Assembly: GCA_964035545.1 (NCBI GenBank)
Contig: OZ037767.1
Coordinates: 30,582,628-30,646,627 of the forward strand
Length of the DNA: 64,000 bases
Source of the DNA: Bugula neritina
Taxonomy: Eukaryota; Animalia; Bryozoa
Direction of reading: 5' to 3'
Position 1 is the first letter of the stretch. Each line of letters begins with the position of its first letter. Position numbers and translations under genes: made by a program. Shown piece after piece: positions 21,501 to 35,536 of this stretch. The notes beneath the pieces were generated by a model. That model ran no database searches. It was not told the DNA's origin and saw nothing but the letters and a program-made list of their open reading frames with translations.

Positions 21501-22371
21501 CTTGTGTTTAATTTGCTTAAAAATGCAAGTCATGGCTTATGTTAATAATAATGTAAACATTGGTGAACATTTCCGTCTGTGTTATGCCACAGCAGGAATG
21601 ATTACTCAAACACTATCCCTGTCATATTAGCCAGGTTCAAAAAAACCAGATGAAACTTTGTCTCATTAAAATATTTGAACTTTGAAGTAATTTATAAACA
21701 CAAGGCATGGTTTGAGTCAACTTCCAGCTTTGTTGGTATAAATAGATTTTATGGGAGACGTTAATATTTATACAATTATAACTGAAGTTTAGTTTATTCT
21801 TGCTGCAACTGTTGTAGGTAAATTCTAAATTCTTATTGTATAGTACCCTTGGGCTGAGCTTAATGGCTTACAAAGCTTTTGAACTACTGTGAACAGCAGC
21901 AGTTAGGATGAGCTATAATTACAAATAAGTAATTTCAAGTAATTAGGAACATAGTTGTGAACAGTTAGTTACAGTTGTGAATAGTTTAGAGCAATCAAAA
22001 GTGTTTATAAAGGGTTTGCTGTTATAAACATTAGAAAAAATTGCCAAGCTTAACTTTTTCTTTTGCAATGAAAATACAAGCATAATTTCAGCCCAATAAA
22101 GTACAAACATCTCAGAGTTTGTAAAATTTCAACACTTAACTTTAATAACTTCACATTGAATGACACAGCTGTAGTTGGTGTTTTAGAACGATGTTTTTAC
22201 AAAAAGTGGTCGCGATGGTCTTCTTGTGAAAACTTTATTCAGCAAAGACACAGAGATATCTTGTATGGCAGGAAGTCCGACTGCACCCGAACAATAAAGA
22301 TACGGGTGTGTCAGCCAGCCGCACTGAAACGACGGCATGAGCCAAAGACTAAAAGACTTCAGTCTATCTAG
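12591..22371 (+). CDS. Secreted pleiotrophin/midkine (miple)-like protein with a Cys-rich N-terminal region and three PTN/MK C-type domains, about 321-328 aa
   Basis: Exons 12591-12648 (signal peptide MDTLFAYRVIGLFLALSWSG; alternative ATG 12552), 18554-18679, 18928 (or 18907)-19077, 20627-20779, 21061-21354, 22187-22371 (TAG). All introns are phase 1. Three repeats of C-x-Y-x4/5-W-S-x-C...R...L...C...T...[KR]-x-C: DCTYIANRWSGC, DCSYSSASTWSSC, RCFYKKWSRWSSC. Basic C-terminal tail. Linkage of exon 1 across a 5.9-kb intron is inferred. Confidence 0.75.
13544..13660 (+). repeat. Degenerate (CTA/CTG)n trinucleotide microsatellite, intronic
   Basis: Read directly from the sequence. Confidence 0.8.
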
Positions 22372-25300
22372 ATTCAACTCCAGCATCAGACTATAGTGCC
22401 CTAGGCATAATTTTGTGGCAATGATTAGCAAATTAGCTGATCCAATTAATACTCATGTAAGTTTTCAAGCATTTACCAACGGGTATATACAAAATCCATT
22501 AGATGTTCAACCATTTTATACAACGAGCAAAGCTTTAAATCTTTTGGACACACAACTCCTATACATACGTTAGAACACAGCTCAATGTTATATTATATTA
22601 TATTATGTTATCTTTTACCCTATTACTTTGTACCTTGGACAACAATTTCCAAAATCTGTCAAGTTCAATATTATATGTTTTATATGCAGTGCTTGAAGTA
22701 ACCTGGTGTTTAACACTTATTAAGTTATGTAATGTCGTAAACTATTTAATACCAGTTTACAGAGTATCAATTACTGTCTTCATTTGCATGCAATGTTTTT
22801 CTTTTAATTTTTATTTTAACTTTCATTCACTTGGTGTCAGAAAAATTATTAAAATTACATCATTCAACACCTAATCGCCTAGTCATGATGGAAAAAGAAC
22901 TTTCGAAATTTGTAAAAAAGTAAGTTTTCCAAGAAAATTATTTTTTAATGTTAGTCAAGCAACAAACCAAGTGAATGAAAAAGCTCCTTGAAATGTGGAG
23001 AAACTCCGTCCATTTTTTATTATTTCGATGTATGGTACAGTTTGAAAAATATCTCTTAAAGTGTGAGAAAATGGTACTCCCAATATCCTTTCCATATGTC
23101 CCATACTATATATTTTTAGTCCTGCAAGATTTTACTTGATAACATTTGAGAAATCTTCTTATTGATTGTATTTTTGGTTTCAACTTATTTTCTTTTAACA
23201 ACTGGTGAAATGTGGAAAACAGCTTTTATGTAAAGAAACTTATCTGAAATGCGCAAAATACCCATTAGATGTCTCTCTGTTTAAAACCAATTGACTGTAT
23301 GTCTAGTATTTCATGCTGTTTTTTTTTAATAATATAAGATTGTGATCTAACATCTAATATATACAGTTATTAATTTTTGTTTGAAGATTAAAGACACCAT
23401 TACATTTTAATTTGCAAATTTTAATTTCTGAAATGTTAAGTTAAATCGTCTTGGTGTTTGGAACTACTGAAGCAATTCATTTCAAAATGATCTGAAACAT
23501 TTCAATTTGTAATAAACTTAGATAGTATTGCAGTTATGTGTGAATTGTGTTTGCTGTTTGCTCTTTGAATTGAGCTAATATAATTACAAAACAGGCAACA
23601 TATTTAACAGCAGCTAAAGAACTACAACTATCTTAAATTATCCACAACTGATTTTTATTTCTTTTCACTGTTTAAGTTCCATATACTATTACAAGTTAAA
23701 ACTAATAGGGTTTTGAATCTTCACATCTTAAATTCAGCTGACAGTATTAAGCAAGCTACCAGAGAAATCTGAATAGTCAGTTCACTCAGAGTTTCCTTCA
23801 GGCTACCTTTTGCTTACGATACAATAATGTAATCAATTCCTAACATTATCAGACTCACTGATCTGTTTTTTAGCACTTATAGTAGGTCATCATATATGTA
23901 TTTTAAGTGCAAAAATGCAGCTCATCGAGCAAGATTAAAATGCTTTCACACATTAGACATGATTAATAAATAAAGTGTGAAAAATGACTTTGAATACAGG
24001 TTTAAAAAACAGTATTGGAAGCCATGAGGTCAACATCCTATATGATAAAGTTCAAAACAATCTACTTTTTGCCAATCAATTATAACTGCACTGTCTTTAC
24101 CCCAAACTTGAGTATAACTATTATGGATTAGTCAGTTGTCTAGGAAACCATGATTAAAAAAATTGAAGATCAAACAGTATCAGTATCAAAACATCAAATA
24201 TATTGCACACCCTGTCTTATATGACTCGCTATTGGTTGAATTTTTATTTTTCTATAACCACTAAACTTATACTGCTTTCTTTACAAAAAGTAGCTCACAA
24301 TTCTAGACACCACATGGGCTTCCTAATCATAATTGATGTGTTTATTTGAGTCAAACTTGCAAAAGTTTGTTGGGTAGTAGCTGTTAGAAATATGGCATGG
24401 TATATGGTGTGGTTTGCTAAAGCTACATCAACATGCATGTGTCATGCAGTACCAAGCACTAAGTATATTACAGCTGTAAGTATATTATAGCTGTAGGCAT
24501 AAGTTAAATTTAATGTATATAAACATAATTATTAGATTATAATAAAAAAAGTTAAAAGCTTAATATTTATACTTTCCTAAAGCACTATAAATTTGGACAA
24601 AGAAAATTATATGGTATAAATATTTAGAGAATATACAGATAATATACAAAATAGTTCAAAACTGGTACAAGGCAATAATATATTTTAGCAATTAGAAATA
24701 TAGTTATTTTAGCAGCATGCCATTTACACTATATTATATTTGCAGCTATAATATAACTATTTTACTAAAGTGCTGTTTAATATACATTTGTGTCTTGATT
24801 GCTTTTAAAACTCGACATAATATTGTTTAATAATACACCACCTTCGACTTAAACTAAAATTATTCACCATCGTGAGTATGTGCAGTCTAAATTAAGTTCC
24901 TCATTTTGTATACATAAATGGGCAATAAATGACGCGTAATATTCCTCTATTATGGTTTAAATTTATGTGAAATTACAATTATGCTAGAAGCCAGCCATAA
25001 AGGTGCCATATGTCTATATACTTCTAGTAGGATTACCGAAAAGTATTTGACTAAATATAGCCTAATTAGAATAAAAATAGAAAGAATATTTATTCATAAG
25101 TGTGTTTATAAAAAATGAGTTTATAGATTTCAATGTTGTCAGGTAAATAAAATCATACTCAAATTAGTATTTTGAAAGTTGCTTACTCTTGTTTAATATT
25201 TTCCCGCGCTAACTATTTAACTATAATAAATGCCTAAATATACTTGTAACACAGGCTGTTCACATGCCTTCGACAGGGAAACAGAATTGCGTTAATTTTC

Positions 25301-26802
25301 AGCTAAAAGAATACGGTCAAGGCCATAATTAACACGGCACTAAAAACAAAAGTTATTCAATAAATTATAAATAGTTTAAATAATGATAACATTAGCCTTA
25401 ATATTATTTTAATTTATTGACTATAATTGTTGCCAAATAACTTGTGTATTTGGTATTGAGTTACAACTAGAGGTTTAACTCTTGTGATTCAGGGACTCTC
25501 AAAAAAGATAGTTTTTGTTAATCTACATTTTTATTTTAGTTTTACAATAAGTATAACTATAACTATAAGTATAACAAACTCAAAGTATCAGTATGAGACT
25601 ATGAGTATAAGTAACTAAGTAAGTTTATAATATAACTATTATTAATTATATAACTATAAGTATAAGCATATCAATATAAAGATGTATTATATTTTTATCA
25701 AGTTCAATGATGATTTCTATTTTATTTCGAATTGAAATTTAAATTGAACCATAATTTAATACTTATAGTTATAGTTAATCATAGTTTACATATTAGAAGG
25801 ATTTAAAAAGTTTAAAATTGGCAATAAGTTGAATACTATCATACTCCATGTTTTAACTTATAGATAACTAATTGTATTAAGTTTCAGTTTGTAAAAACTA
25901 GGTTATGAATTAATAAAAAATTGAGTAGTGGAAATATATCTAAATCTTGTTGGCTCGAATACTTGCTCACAGCTACTCAGATATTAAAATTCTTTCATAA
26001 TTATTTTTTGACTTAAAGTTGAATTGCTTAGATAATCATAATTGACTAGACTTGAATACTTTGCTGCAAGTTTCTAGAGTTTAGGTGAGTTAAAATTTGA
26101 ATTGTTTAATTTAGCAATTGAATTTATGGCATGATGATAAAGATTTAGATAAATGAATATGTTTTGAAAATTTACACTAAGTTATTTTAGCAGGCAGGTA
26201 TAATTGACTTGAGTTGTTGTTAGTTATTGATCTTAATTTTACTTTCTGTGTCTGCAATTTAACCTGAACTTTTATAATTTTTATCAACAACCCGATTTAT
26301 TACGGTGCTGATAATCGTACTTACACTGTCTTATTCGAACTACTCATGTCATAATTTTATTGAGACTAATACTGTTATTAATAATATGTCCATATTTATT
26401 ATTATGGTATTTAATTAAACTATTTGTTGTAAAAAATTGGAAAAAATCAATTAGTGGGTATATAAAACTATGGATAGGTGTAATAAAGAGGAAGTATAGA
26501 AGACCGTCTTTGTAGATGCAAAAGAGCTATGTTCTGACCCACAATTTTAACCTGATTCGTGTGTTATAATTTTTAAAAGCACTTAAAGAACTTAGATAGC
26601 TGCTGCACAGTAGTTTAAAAGAGAATTTCATACCGATGTTCAGATTAAAAAAAATTTCAGTGTCTCTTATCTGTAATCTAAAATAGTCCAAGATTGTTTT
26701 CTTCATTCATAATGCTTGCAGGTGTTTTTGTCTGCCTGTATTTTTTGCTTTATTGCTTCCTGTTAGGAGTTACATTCTCTTTTTGCTATTTTGTATGAAG
26801 TC

Positions 26803-29800
26803 ATGGATAGAATGAAGGAAAGACTATTGACCGAGTGCTCGAAGGATGTGGAGCATATTCTCTCATTTCTTAACCAATACTTACCTTTAGCCAACTTACA
26901 CTTCACCAACTTCATCATTGAGGATTATTGGAGCCAGTTATGTGCTTAGAATCTTTTACATTAAAGTTTTATATTTTGCAAAATATTGAACTTTTCTTCA
27001 AGTAATCACATAAAACACCAAGAAGTTTTTTTAGCATTTTGTTGTAAATCTTTATGTACTGCCATGTCTTTATTTAAACTATTTTGAAATAGTTTAATTA
27101 GTGGCACTGTATAAACTGTATAAACTTTTAATATATAACCCGCTGACTTGTATTTTCTGTTGACTTGTAACATTCTCTTGTAGGTCCCGAATAACTTCAA
27201 ACAGTCTCTCTGTACAAGTGAAGATGATAAACCTGTAAGTTGGTTGCGAGAATTGTTCTCTCATGTTAAAGTAGAAATTGGTATGAAATAGCTAATAAGT
27301 ATATCGTTATTGTAAACACTAAATCAGCAAGTATAGGTTAATAAATATTGTAGTGCTATTATTTGCTAAGAGATAATAAATTCGTATTGTAATGTCATTA
27401 GCAGAAAAATAATAATTCTATTCTGCGATTGTATTGGCAAAGAGAGAATAACCCCATATTGTAATGTAATTAGGAAAGAGATGATGACTCTGTATTACAA
27501 AGCACAACTAAGATGCCCATGGAGTTAGTTGACGGTGAATTGCGTCATAATGATCCTAGCATGACCTTGACATGGCATCACTCTCAGTTGGACAGCTTTA
27601 TGGCTGATGCTGTCTCTTGCAATTTAGAGAACTTAGGCTATACTCGACTATGTGAAGAACTTTACGCTGAGCATTATCCCCCGGAGGTATTCATATTATA
27701 TTTATTGTATTATATTATATATATTATATTATGTGTATTGTATTATATACAACATATCATAGTAAGATGGAAGTGTGTCTGTGCACGTTGAGGTCATTTA
27801 CAACGCTCTGTGCTTGCCTCAGTTGTTCACACAACCTACATTTTTGCCTCCTTTTTGATGAAACCAATGCACTCAGACTAATTCTACCAGCATAGTGGGT
27901 TTCTTATTTCTCTAACTCTATTTTATTTTGCTCAAAAGTTGAATCTAATAGTGATTTTATCATTGGTTTGAGAGTCATCTTCTTTTGTGCTCAATTGCTA
28001 TACAATTATATAGCAGAATAATAAAGCTTTAGTGTATATCTTGAATTCTGCTGCTAATATGTTCATATTGGTTGTTGGCATATTGCAGTGTATTTTATTT
28101 AGTCACTAACTAAACTTGTAGAAGTTGTTTTTTACTGGACTTTTTGTTGCACTTCCTAAAACAAATTACAATCATTTTAGGAAGCTTAACTCTTTTGTCT
28201 GGAACATTCTACATGTCATGTTTCTGAATAAACTCAATTTCTATATAGCTATGGCTGATCGCTTAAAATTTCTCCTTCACTGTAAAATTCATTATTCGTT
28301 TTTATTGATGCACTACTTTGATTTGTTAATACAAAAACAGTTTGTTTCAAATCCATCATTGTCTAGGGGGCGACATCCGACGTCCCTTTCATAAGTCATG
28401 CTATGAATGAGAAGAAATCCCACGAGATTGGAATTATGGCCTCCGTCTGTTCCACACTAGCTAAGAGGGAGCGGCTCAGACACGTAAGACTTTCTTTATT
28501 AACTTCTTTATCAAAGAACTCACCTCTTTGTTCACCACATGCATAGGGAAGACAGTGAATTTATGAGGTAACGCGTTTGCATTTCAGCTATACTTGTATC
28601 AAGTCATTGTGTATAAAGATGTGGTAAATTGCAGGGAATATCAACTCCTTTTATTCACAAGGATGCGGCGGCTAGTTTTTCTGTAGGATGTTTTTTGCTG
28701 TGAGTTATTGTGTTCAGTGTTTCTGCATACGTCAGGTGGTGGATATAGGCAGTGGGAAGGGGTACCTGGCTACGACACTGTACATGCAGTACCAACTCAG
28801 TGTGATTGGGATTGACTCACAGATTGGCAACACTCACGGAGCTCTACGGCGTAAGCAAAGGTTGGTATAGTATGCTTCATAATAAAATTGGTGGTGGTAA
28901 ATTTGTAGAGGTAAATGTATATTGTAGAGGTAAATCTATAGTGTAGAGGCCTATTTTTGGTTGTCTGTTATTACAGAAGATGACTGTTTTATTGTGTGTT
29001 TTGTTTACAGACTGGAAAAACAGTACAAAGGTTTAGTAAAGCGACAACAAGAAAGGACAGATAACTTCAGGAAATGTAAAAACTCTGAACATCTTTCTGA
29101 ATCACCAGGTTAGTACTGTTGTGTTTACAATGCTCCTCAAATCTCTTGGTTCGGAGTTACTTGCTCTATGTATGTATTTTGGAGTTGCCTTTTCAAATTG
29201 CTCCCACAGATTTGTCCAGCGTAGTAATTTCCTTAGTTTATTTTTATTTGTTCAACTTTATGCTGATTGGTCCAGAACATAATGTTATCAAGCACGTGGT
29301 TACAGTTTTGTCTTCTCCAGAATATTCCCCCCTGCTCTACTCATCTTTATGCAACCTGAGCATGTTTATCAAACTGAATGATGATTATTTTTGTAGTTTG
29401 GTTTTAAAACTAAAATGCAAATTCACACACCTTTTCTAAATTTTCAATATACATTCACTCAGGCATAAGCTCTGTCAGCTGGTCAATTTTATGCATTTTC
29501 ATTGATATCGTGCTATTGTACTGTACTGTACTCTCTCTCTCATTTATAGTTTTAACATAGTCATAGTAACAAACAAATGCAAAACATTTTCAATTTCAAT
29601 AAAAATATTCACTGGCAGGCATCAGGTTTATAAACCAAATTAAAGTTTTCTGCTTTACTTTATACTAAATCATATCTCATGGGTGGAAGGGCAGGTTGAA
29701 TAAACAGATGTCAGGAACCACATTGGAGTCTATTTCTGAAATTATCACTCCAAATGCTGGGGTTATGAGAGCTCAATGCGATTTAGCTAGTTATCCTACC

Positions 29801-32800
29801 TCGCACACCAGTTGCCTTCTTGGCGGGCCTTTCCCCCCCCTCCCCTTCTAGATACAACCCAATTATTTAGGGTTTCTAAAATCCACTTCTCTCAATTCTG
29901 GTTTTATATCTGATGCGGAGACTTTAAATTACTCTGCTCAACTCTCCATATTGAAACTCCTCTCCTGCATTGGCTAAAGTTGGCACTACTGAGATATTAT
30001 GAAACGTTGAATAACTTGCAACATGTGTTTATCATTTCTCTTTCTCATTAATCATGATCTTTTGTGTTAATTGGAATATGATGAGATTTACTGGACACTG
30101 TAGAAACCTCTCTACAGATTGATGTAAGTATTGTAAGTATGTAAGTATTGTAAGTATGCAAGTATAGTAAGTATGTAAGTATTGTAAGTATGTAAGTATT
30201 GTAAGTATGTAAGTATGCAAGTATAGTAAGTATAGTAAGTATGTAAGTATTGTAAGTATGTAAGTATTGTAAGCATGTAAGTATTGTAAGTATGTAAGTA
30301 TTGTAAGTATGTGTGTAAATCACCTCTCCTGGTAACAAAGAGAGTATGCAGGTCATGACCTGCACTAGGTATTCTCATAATATTCGTAAGAACTGAACTT
30401 TCAGGACGGTCAATTACCTTATTTTCTAAATGCAGGTAGAAGCCATTTAATTTAATCCCGTTATACTAAAAATCAATATAACAACCAAGACCAGGGTTTC
30501 GGTTTGGAAAGGAAAGGGGATGGTTTTGTTTAAACCTAGTTGTACCATTCTTTGCCTGTTGAGTTAAGATCTCGGGCTAGAATTTAAAATCAATAAAAGG
30601 TGATTAAAGTTTTGTATGGAAACTTTGCAAACATAATGATAAGTTATGACTACATGCTAACTGCTAGAAGGCTATGACTTGAGTACCCCATGTTATGACT
30701 TGAGTACTCCATGCTATGACTTGAGTGCTCCATGTTATGACTTGAGTACTCCATGCTATGACTTGAGTGCTCCATGTTATGACTTGAGTACTCCATGCTA
30801 TGACTTGAGTACTCCATGTTATGACTTAAGTATCTCCCACCACTGCTCACGCTGCAGGTTTTGTCGAGTGAAAGTAGAAAGTTCTGGTTTTGTAATGTTC
30901 AGCAAGAATAAGTCAACGAGATGATTGAGTTGAGAGTAACTTAAATGTTGGTAGAAAATTCTATAAAAGGCTAAAAAAAGGCTGTATATTTTTACTGTAG
31001 TTAGAGGAAGTGTGGTGAACAGTGAAGGTCGTGAAGTCATGGTGAACAGTGAAGGTCGTGAAGTCACGGTGAAAAGTGAAGGTCGTGAAGTCACGGTGAA
31101 AAGTGAAAGTCACAATGTCACAGAAGATGACAAGCCCGCACACATTGCACTAACAGCCTTCATCGGGCCAAACGACCAGTTAGATAAATATGTGGAGCCC
31201 TACTTTCAGAATAACCAGGTTTGTCTTCGATATATGGGTGTGGGTTGTAGTGTCTCGCATTGTGACAGTTTCGTCATGTAGGAGCTATGTCAAGGTTGGC
31301 AAGGTTTGGGGTGGGTTGCGATAAGGGCTTGTTTGAATAAGTGTGATTTTAGAGATAAAGAGATAAAATTACTGGAGCTTGCCTAGAAATGCTTGCCTAG
31401 AAATACTATCTGATCAAACACTTGATGGCCATCTTTCATTACAACAAGGATGGATGGCTAGGTTGCCCCCTCCCACTCCCTTACCAACGTCTGGGTACTA
31501 GGCCTTCTCTGTTCTTCTAGAAATTTCCATTTGTCATGGAGTCACATGATCTAGAACATTCACATCTAAACTGTGTACTTTGTGTGTTGAATGCGTCCAG
31601 AACTTATAGTCATGTGACCTGGTAGTTCCATATCTGTATGTTGAAGGTTAGTTTCCTGGTCTACGAACTGGCGCATTCTCTTACGACATATCTATCATAG
31701 AGTTGGCAGGGGTAATCTAGGGGAATATATTGCATTTTGAATGTTGGTTCCTCTGTATCACAATTCTAGAGAATGAATGGAATTTTTCTGTTTGGAACAG
31801 TTCAACTTGAATTAAATTTCAAACCAAGGAATTAAAAACTTCAGTATTGTGGCCTTCACTACTGCGTTAGGGGTTGAAAAAATATAAAATAGTCATTTCT
31901 TATCATATTATTTGAGTTGAATGTTATAACATGAAGAGAACACGTGCCAATGTTAAGTACAGCTGTGCTGGTATCCTTCTGCCATGCTGGGTGACCATAA
32001 CTATATCTACTATATCATACTGACCAGACTGTACAAGGTTGCCATCACCTGCATGTAGTCTGCCATATCTAATCTAGGCTATTCTTTTACTATGCAAATA
32101 TTTGGGTCTATTCACAGAAGCTTTCAAGGCCGCCCATTGATTTCAAGCAGTGATGAAAGAGCATTTCGTTATCGCACTCTCTGTGTATAATCAGCCATAC
32201 CCTTTGTTCGTATTGATTAGATGCATATCATGTGATGGTGACTGATTCTAGAAAATCTCGGTACAACTGCACTCACAAACATCTTATATAACTTCTGCCT
32301 TTTGACTGTCCTTCTGTCCAATTTTCAATTCAACATCTGCAATGAAATGGGTTTTTGGTACTTTGCAGTAATGGTTTGATTTTATTAAGAAACGTGTTTT
32401 CAGTTCACACCCTGTGAGATAATCAGAAGGGGGAGGGGGTTACATTTTACATTTACATTTACAGTCAAGTGAACTAAAAGACAAGTTTAGTACCCTAAGT
32501 TCTCTACTTATGAATTTTGGTTTGGGGTTTAGACTGAAATCTCATGAGAAAATAACCTAAATTCTTACTATGTATAATATCTAGGACACAGACCTTTTTA
32601 AATTTCTTCGTTCCGGCACCTACTGGCTACCTCAACCCATAGTTTGCTGGGCGTGTCTGGAAGGCAACAAGTATTTATATAACGCATTTCATTGTATGTC
32701 TAAATTGCTATCTTAGCTAAAATCTAGGAGCTGTTTTTGAAGCCTATAGTAAGAGGCATGTGTAGATGTGTTCCATGCAGATTTCTGCTCTTTAAAAGTT

Positions 32801-35536
32801 CAGCAACAGTAGAAGATAGCTGGACATTTCGCTAGTTGACTGAATAGTCGGTTCACGTAGTCATGTGACCGTCACTCGCACAACACGTGTCTTTCAACTG
32901 TTTTAGTTCCTTCAGCTTCAGTCAGGATGTTGTTGACAGGTGATGTCATATTTGCATTCCTAGCACTTCGAACATGCCTTCATATATCTCCTACCTTCAT
33001 CTCTCTCCCACCTTTATCTCATGTTTTTCGTTTAGTACTTCCGAACCTGCAGTAACGTCAGGGATTGAATGCTGGTTTTCAACACGCCATATGGTTGGTT
33101 GGAACTCTTTCAACACTTATTCTGTCACAATTACTTTTTAAAGCCCAGACCTTGCTAAAAGATAGATTGGGTGGGTCCACCTTAATACAATAATATCGCT
33201 GGTTTTGCTACGCAATCTGCAATATTATGTTGACATATTATTCTTCTCCACAACCATGTAAAGTTCAACACAGCAACTAGTAGCCGTCATTGTATCCTCT
33301 GGCATAGAGGAAGAAAAACTTGTAGACTGTAGTTACAGGGTGTGGCTTAAGCCATAACATAGACATTTGTTTTTCCTAATCAAATAATTTTCCACAATTA
33401 CGAAAGTATAGAGAACATGAATACTAAACAGGATTAGTATAATTTAAATATTGCTCTTAACTTTTGGCAGAATAAAATATTCATTGAATATTTTCAGTTT
33501 CTGTGTGTTTAATGTAGTACCCCTGTTAGATATGCAAATGTAGACATTGCAATAGAACTTATAAGGAAATTATGGTGACATAAAAATGCTAATCATGTTG
33601 GATATTTCTTATGGAAAATGCTATTTTTCTAGTGTTTTGGAGCAAGTTTTTAGTTTATTTGGCAGCAGACAATCTGCTATGCCCAGACCTTTAACAATGA
33701 AATCACTGTTTTACAGTTCATGCTGACAGGACTGCACACGTGTGGTGACCTGGCCGGCAGCATGTCTAGACAGTTTGTACACAGTCCAGCTTGTAGTCTG
33801 ATGGTGGGAGTTGGCTGTTGTTACCACCTCATCAGTGAGATGTTCTGTTCGAACCCCTTTCAACCCAGACGTATGTAGTATGTTGAATTAGTCTGCTGTT
33901 GAATACTAGTGATTATTGAGGTGCAGTAATAGAGAAATTGAGAAAAGCCTGTGTTCTAGATTAGAAATGTAGCAAAAGAAGTTATGTTCTTGCAAGAGTT
34001 TCAATCCCCCTCGCCCCAAACCAAAATTTAATAATACAATTAAAGAACTTAGGCTATCTCAATTTCTCCACTACTCCTCCCAAGTGCGACTATTTCACTG
34101 AATCTTAGTTTTGATTTCTCGGTTGTTTAGTGGAGGAAGAAGCTTCAGCCACACCCCAGTTTCCTATGAGCTCCTTCTTGAGGGATAAGCATGTCAGACT
34201 TGGTCGGAACTGTCGTATGCTTTCTATGCAGTCCAGAATAGGACAAGACTCGGTAAGTGTGGCCAAGTGCTAATCACTTTAGATCTGTTTCAGAATAATA
34301 CAGCAGTCGTCTGTAGCCTTAATTCTCTTCTGCTTTTAGTGGATGAATTATTAACCTTCCAACTTGAATGGCATATTAAAAATTATGATACATGTGGTGC
34401 TTACTGTGTGCAGACTTTGTATGTCTTCCTTGATATGTTGAACTGGTAGCCTGTCACGTTCTATACCGATCAGGAATCCAGTAGTTGAATAAATTATTTA
34501 TTGAATATACATGAAACAGGTTTTTGATGTTTCCCTGTTTTGGCGAGCTCTCCTGCAAAAGATACTGTTTGACGTGCACGGATATTGGCGCAAAGATTGG
34601 ATTCTGGGTAAAATAGCTTCCAGATGCAGTAGCTTTCGGGAGTATGTTCGAAAGGCTTTCCACAAGTTACATATAGAGTCTCAGGTGGGCATTCAGCTCA
34701 TTATCTTCTCAGACTACGTGTAAGCATGGAGCCAGATTTGGTGATTTGACTTAGTTAGCTCTGTCATGGCTGCGCATGCACAACACATGATTTTAGTAGG
34801 CAGGTGCTGGTTATAACACGTAGTATTGATTAATGCATTTCATAACAATACTCGTTCTGGTCACGTGTTCAGTCACGCTAATCAACCAGCCATTTGTTTT
34901 ACCTCGTCTCTATTTATCCTAGTAGTTGTTTCTAACTACTATTTTAGCAACGGACTGTGACCTTATAATAACAATAACTATTCAACAATTGGCAGTTCAC
35001 CTTTTCATACTTAATTGTTAAATATTAGAGATTATCATCAAATTATTATTCTTGTAAATTACAGCTTACAGACGCTCAAATAGATGATTACATACACCAG
35101 CATGCTCATGTGAAAAACAAGATGGCCATGTTTTTTCAGCTTCGTACAGCATTGAGTCCAGCTATTGAAAGTGTGATATTACTGGACAGATGTCTTTATT
35201 TACTGGAACAGGTGACTGAATGCAACACAAGTTATACTGTTTATTCACCGATTTACTAGTATGTAGTTATTCTCCAGGGCTAAGGGCTACACTTGACAAT
35301 TTGAACCCATAGTGAACTTAATGGTGGTTAGTTATGATCACATTTAATATAGTATGTTAATTGACACTGTTTGCAAATGAGAAATGAAACTTCATGTGTC
35401 TAACTCAATGAAAATGGTTATAGCCAACTTTGTGTTCTTGTAGAATGCTACAACAATGGTGATAATCAAGAAGATGTTTCATCCCTCAAAATCACCGAGA
35501 TGTTATGCAATTATAGCAAAAAAGAAAGAAGCATGA
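26803..35536 (+). CDS. METTL25: Methyltransferase-like protein 25 (Methyltransf_32 family)
   Basis: Exons 26803-26936, 27184-27234, 27503-27686, 28367-28483, 28736-28860, 29011-29108, 31001-31218, 33717-33870, 34131-34252, 34520-34684, 35065-35211, 35444-35536 (TGA). Motifs: MNEKKSHEI, VVDIGSGKGYL, GLHTCGDLA, VGCCYHL, FPMS, GRNCRM, SLFWRALLQ, LSPAIESVILLDRCLYLLEQ, SPRCYAIIA. The first three junctions are less certain, and microexons may exist near 30104 and 30858. Confidence 0.92.
30124..30310 (+). repeat. Ladder of about 22 GTAAGTAT(T) units (5' splice-site consensus) in a METTL25 intron
   Basis: Read directly from the sequence; most units are perfect GTAAGTAT. Confidence 0.92.
30670..30835 (+). 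repeat. 21-bp minisatellite (CCATGYTATGACTTGAGTRCT), about 8 copies
   Basis: Tandem units read directly from the sequence. Confidence 0.9.
31014..31121 (+). repeat. Coding 27-bp minisatellite within a METTL25 exon (V[NK]SEGREV[MT] x4)
   Basis: GTGAACAGTGAAGGTCGTGAAGTCATG-type units, in frame with the exon. Confidence 0.85.

Noticed and set aside
27184-27234. Alternative reading VPNNFKQSL for METTL25 exon 2
   Set aside because: This frame is also open and looks plausible, but no GT donor in phase 0 exists upstream. The phase 2-2 reading joins both neighbours, so it was used. RNA-seq is needed to settle it.
30032-30924. Repetitive ORFs (YLHTYNTY..., STPCYDL..., MEYSSHS...)
   Set aside because: Translations of intronic tandem repeats.
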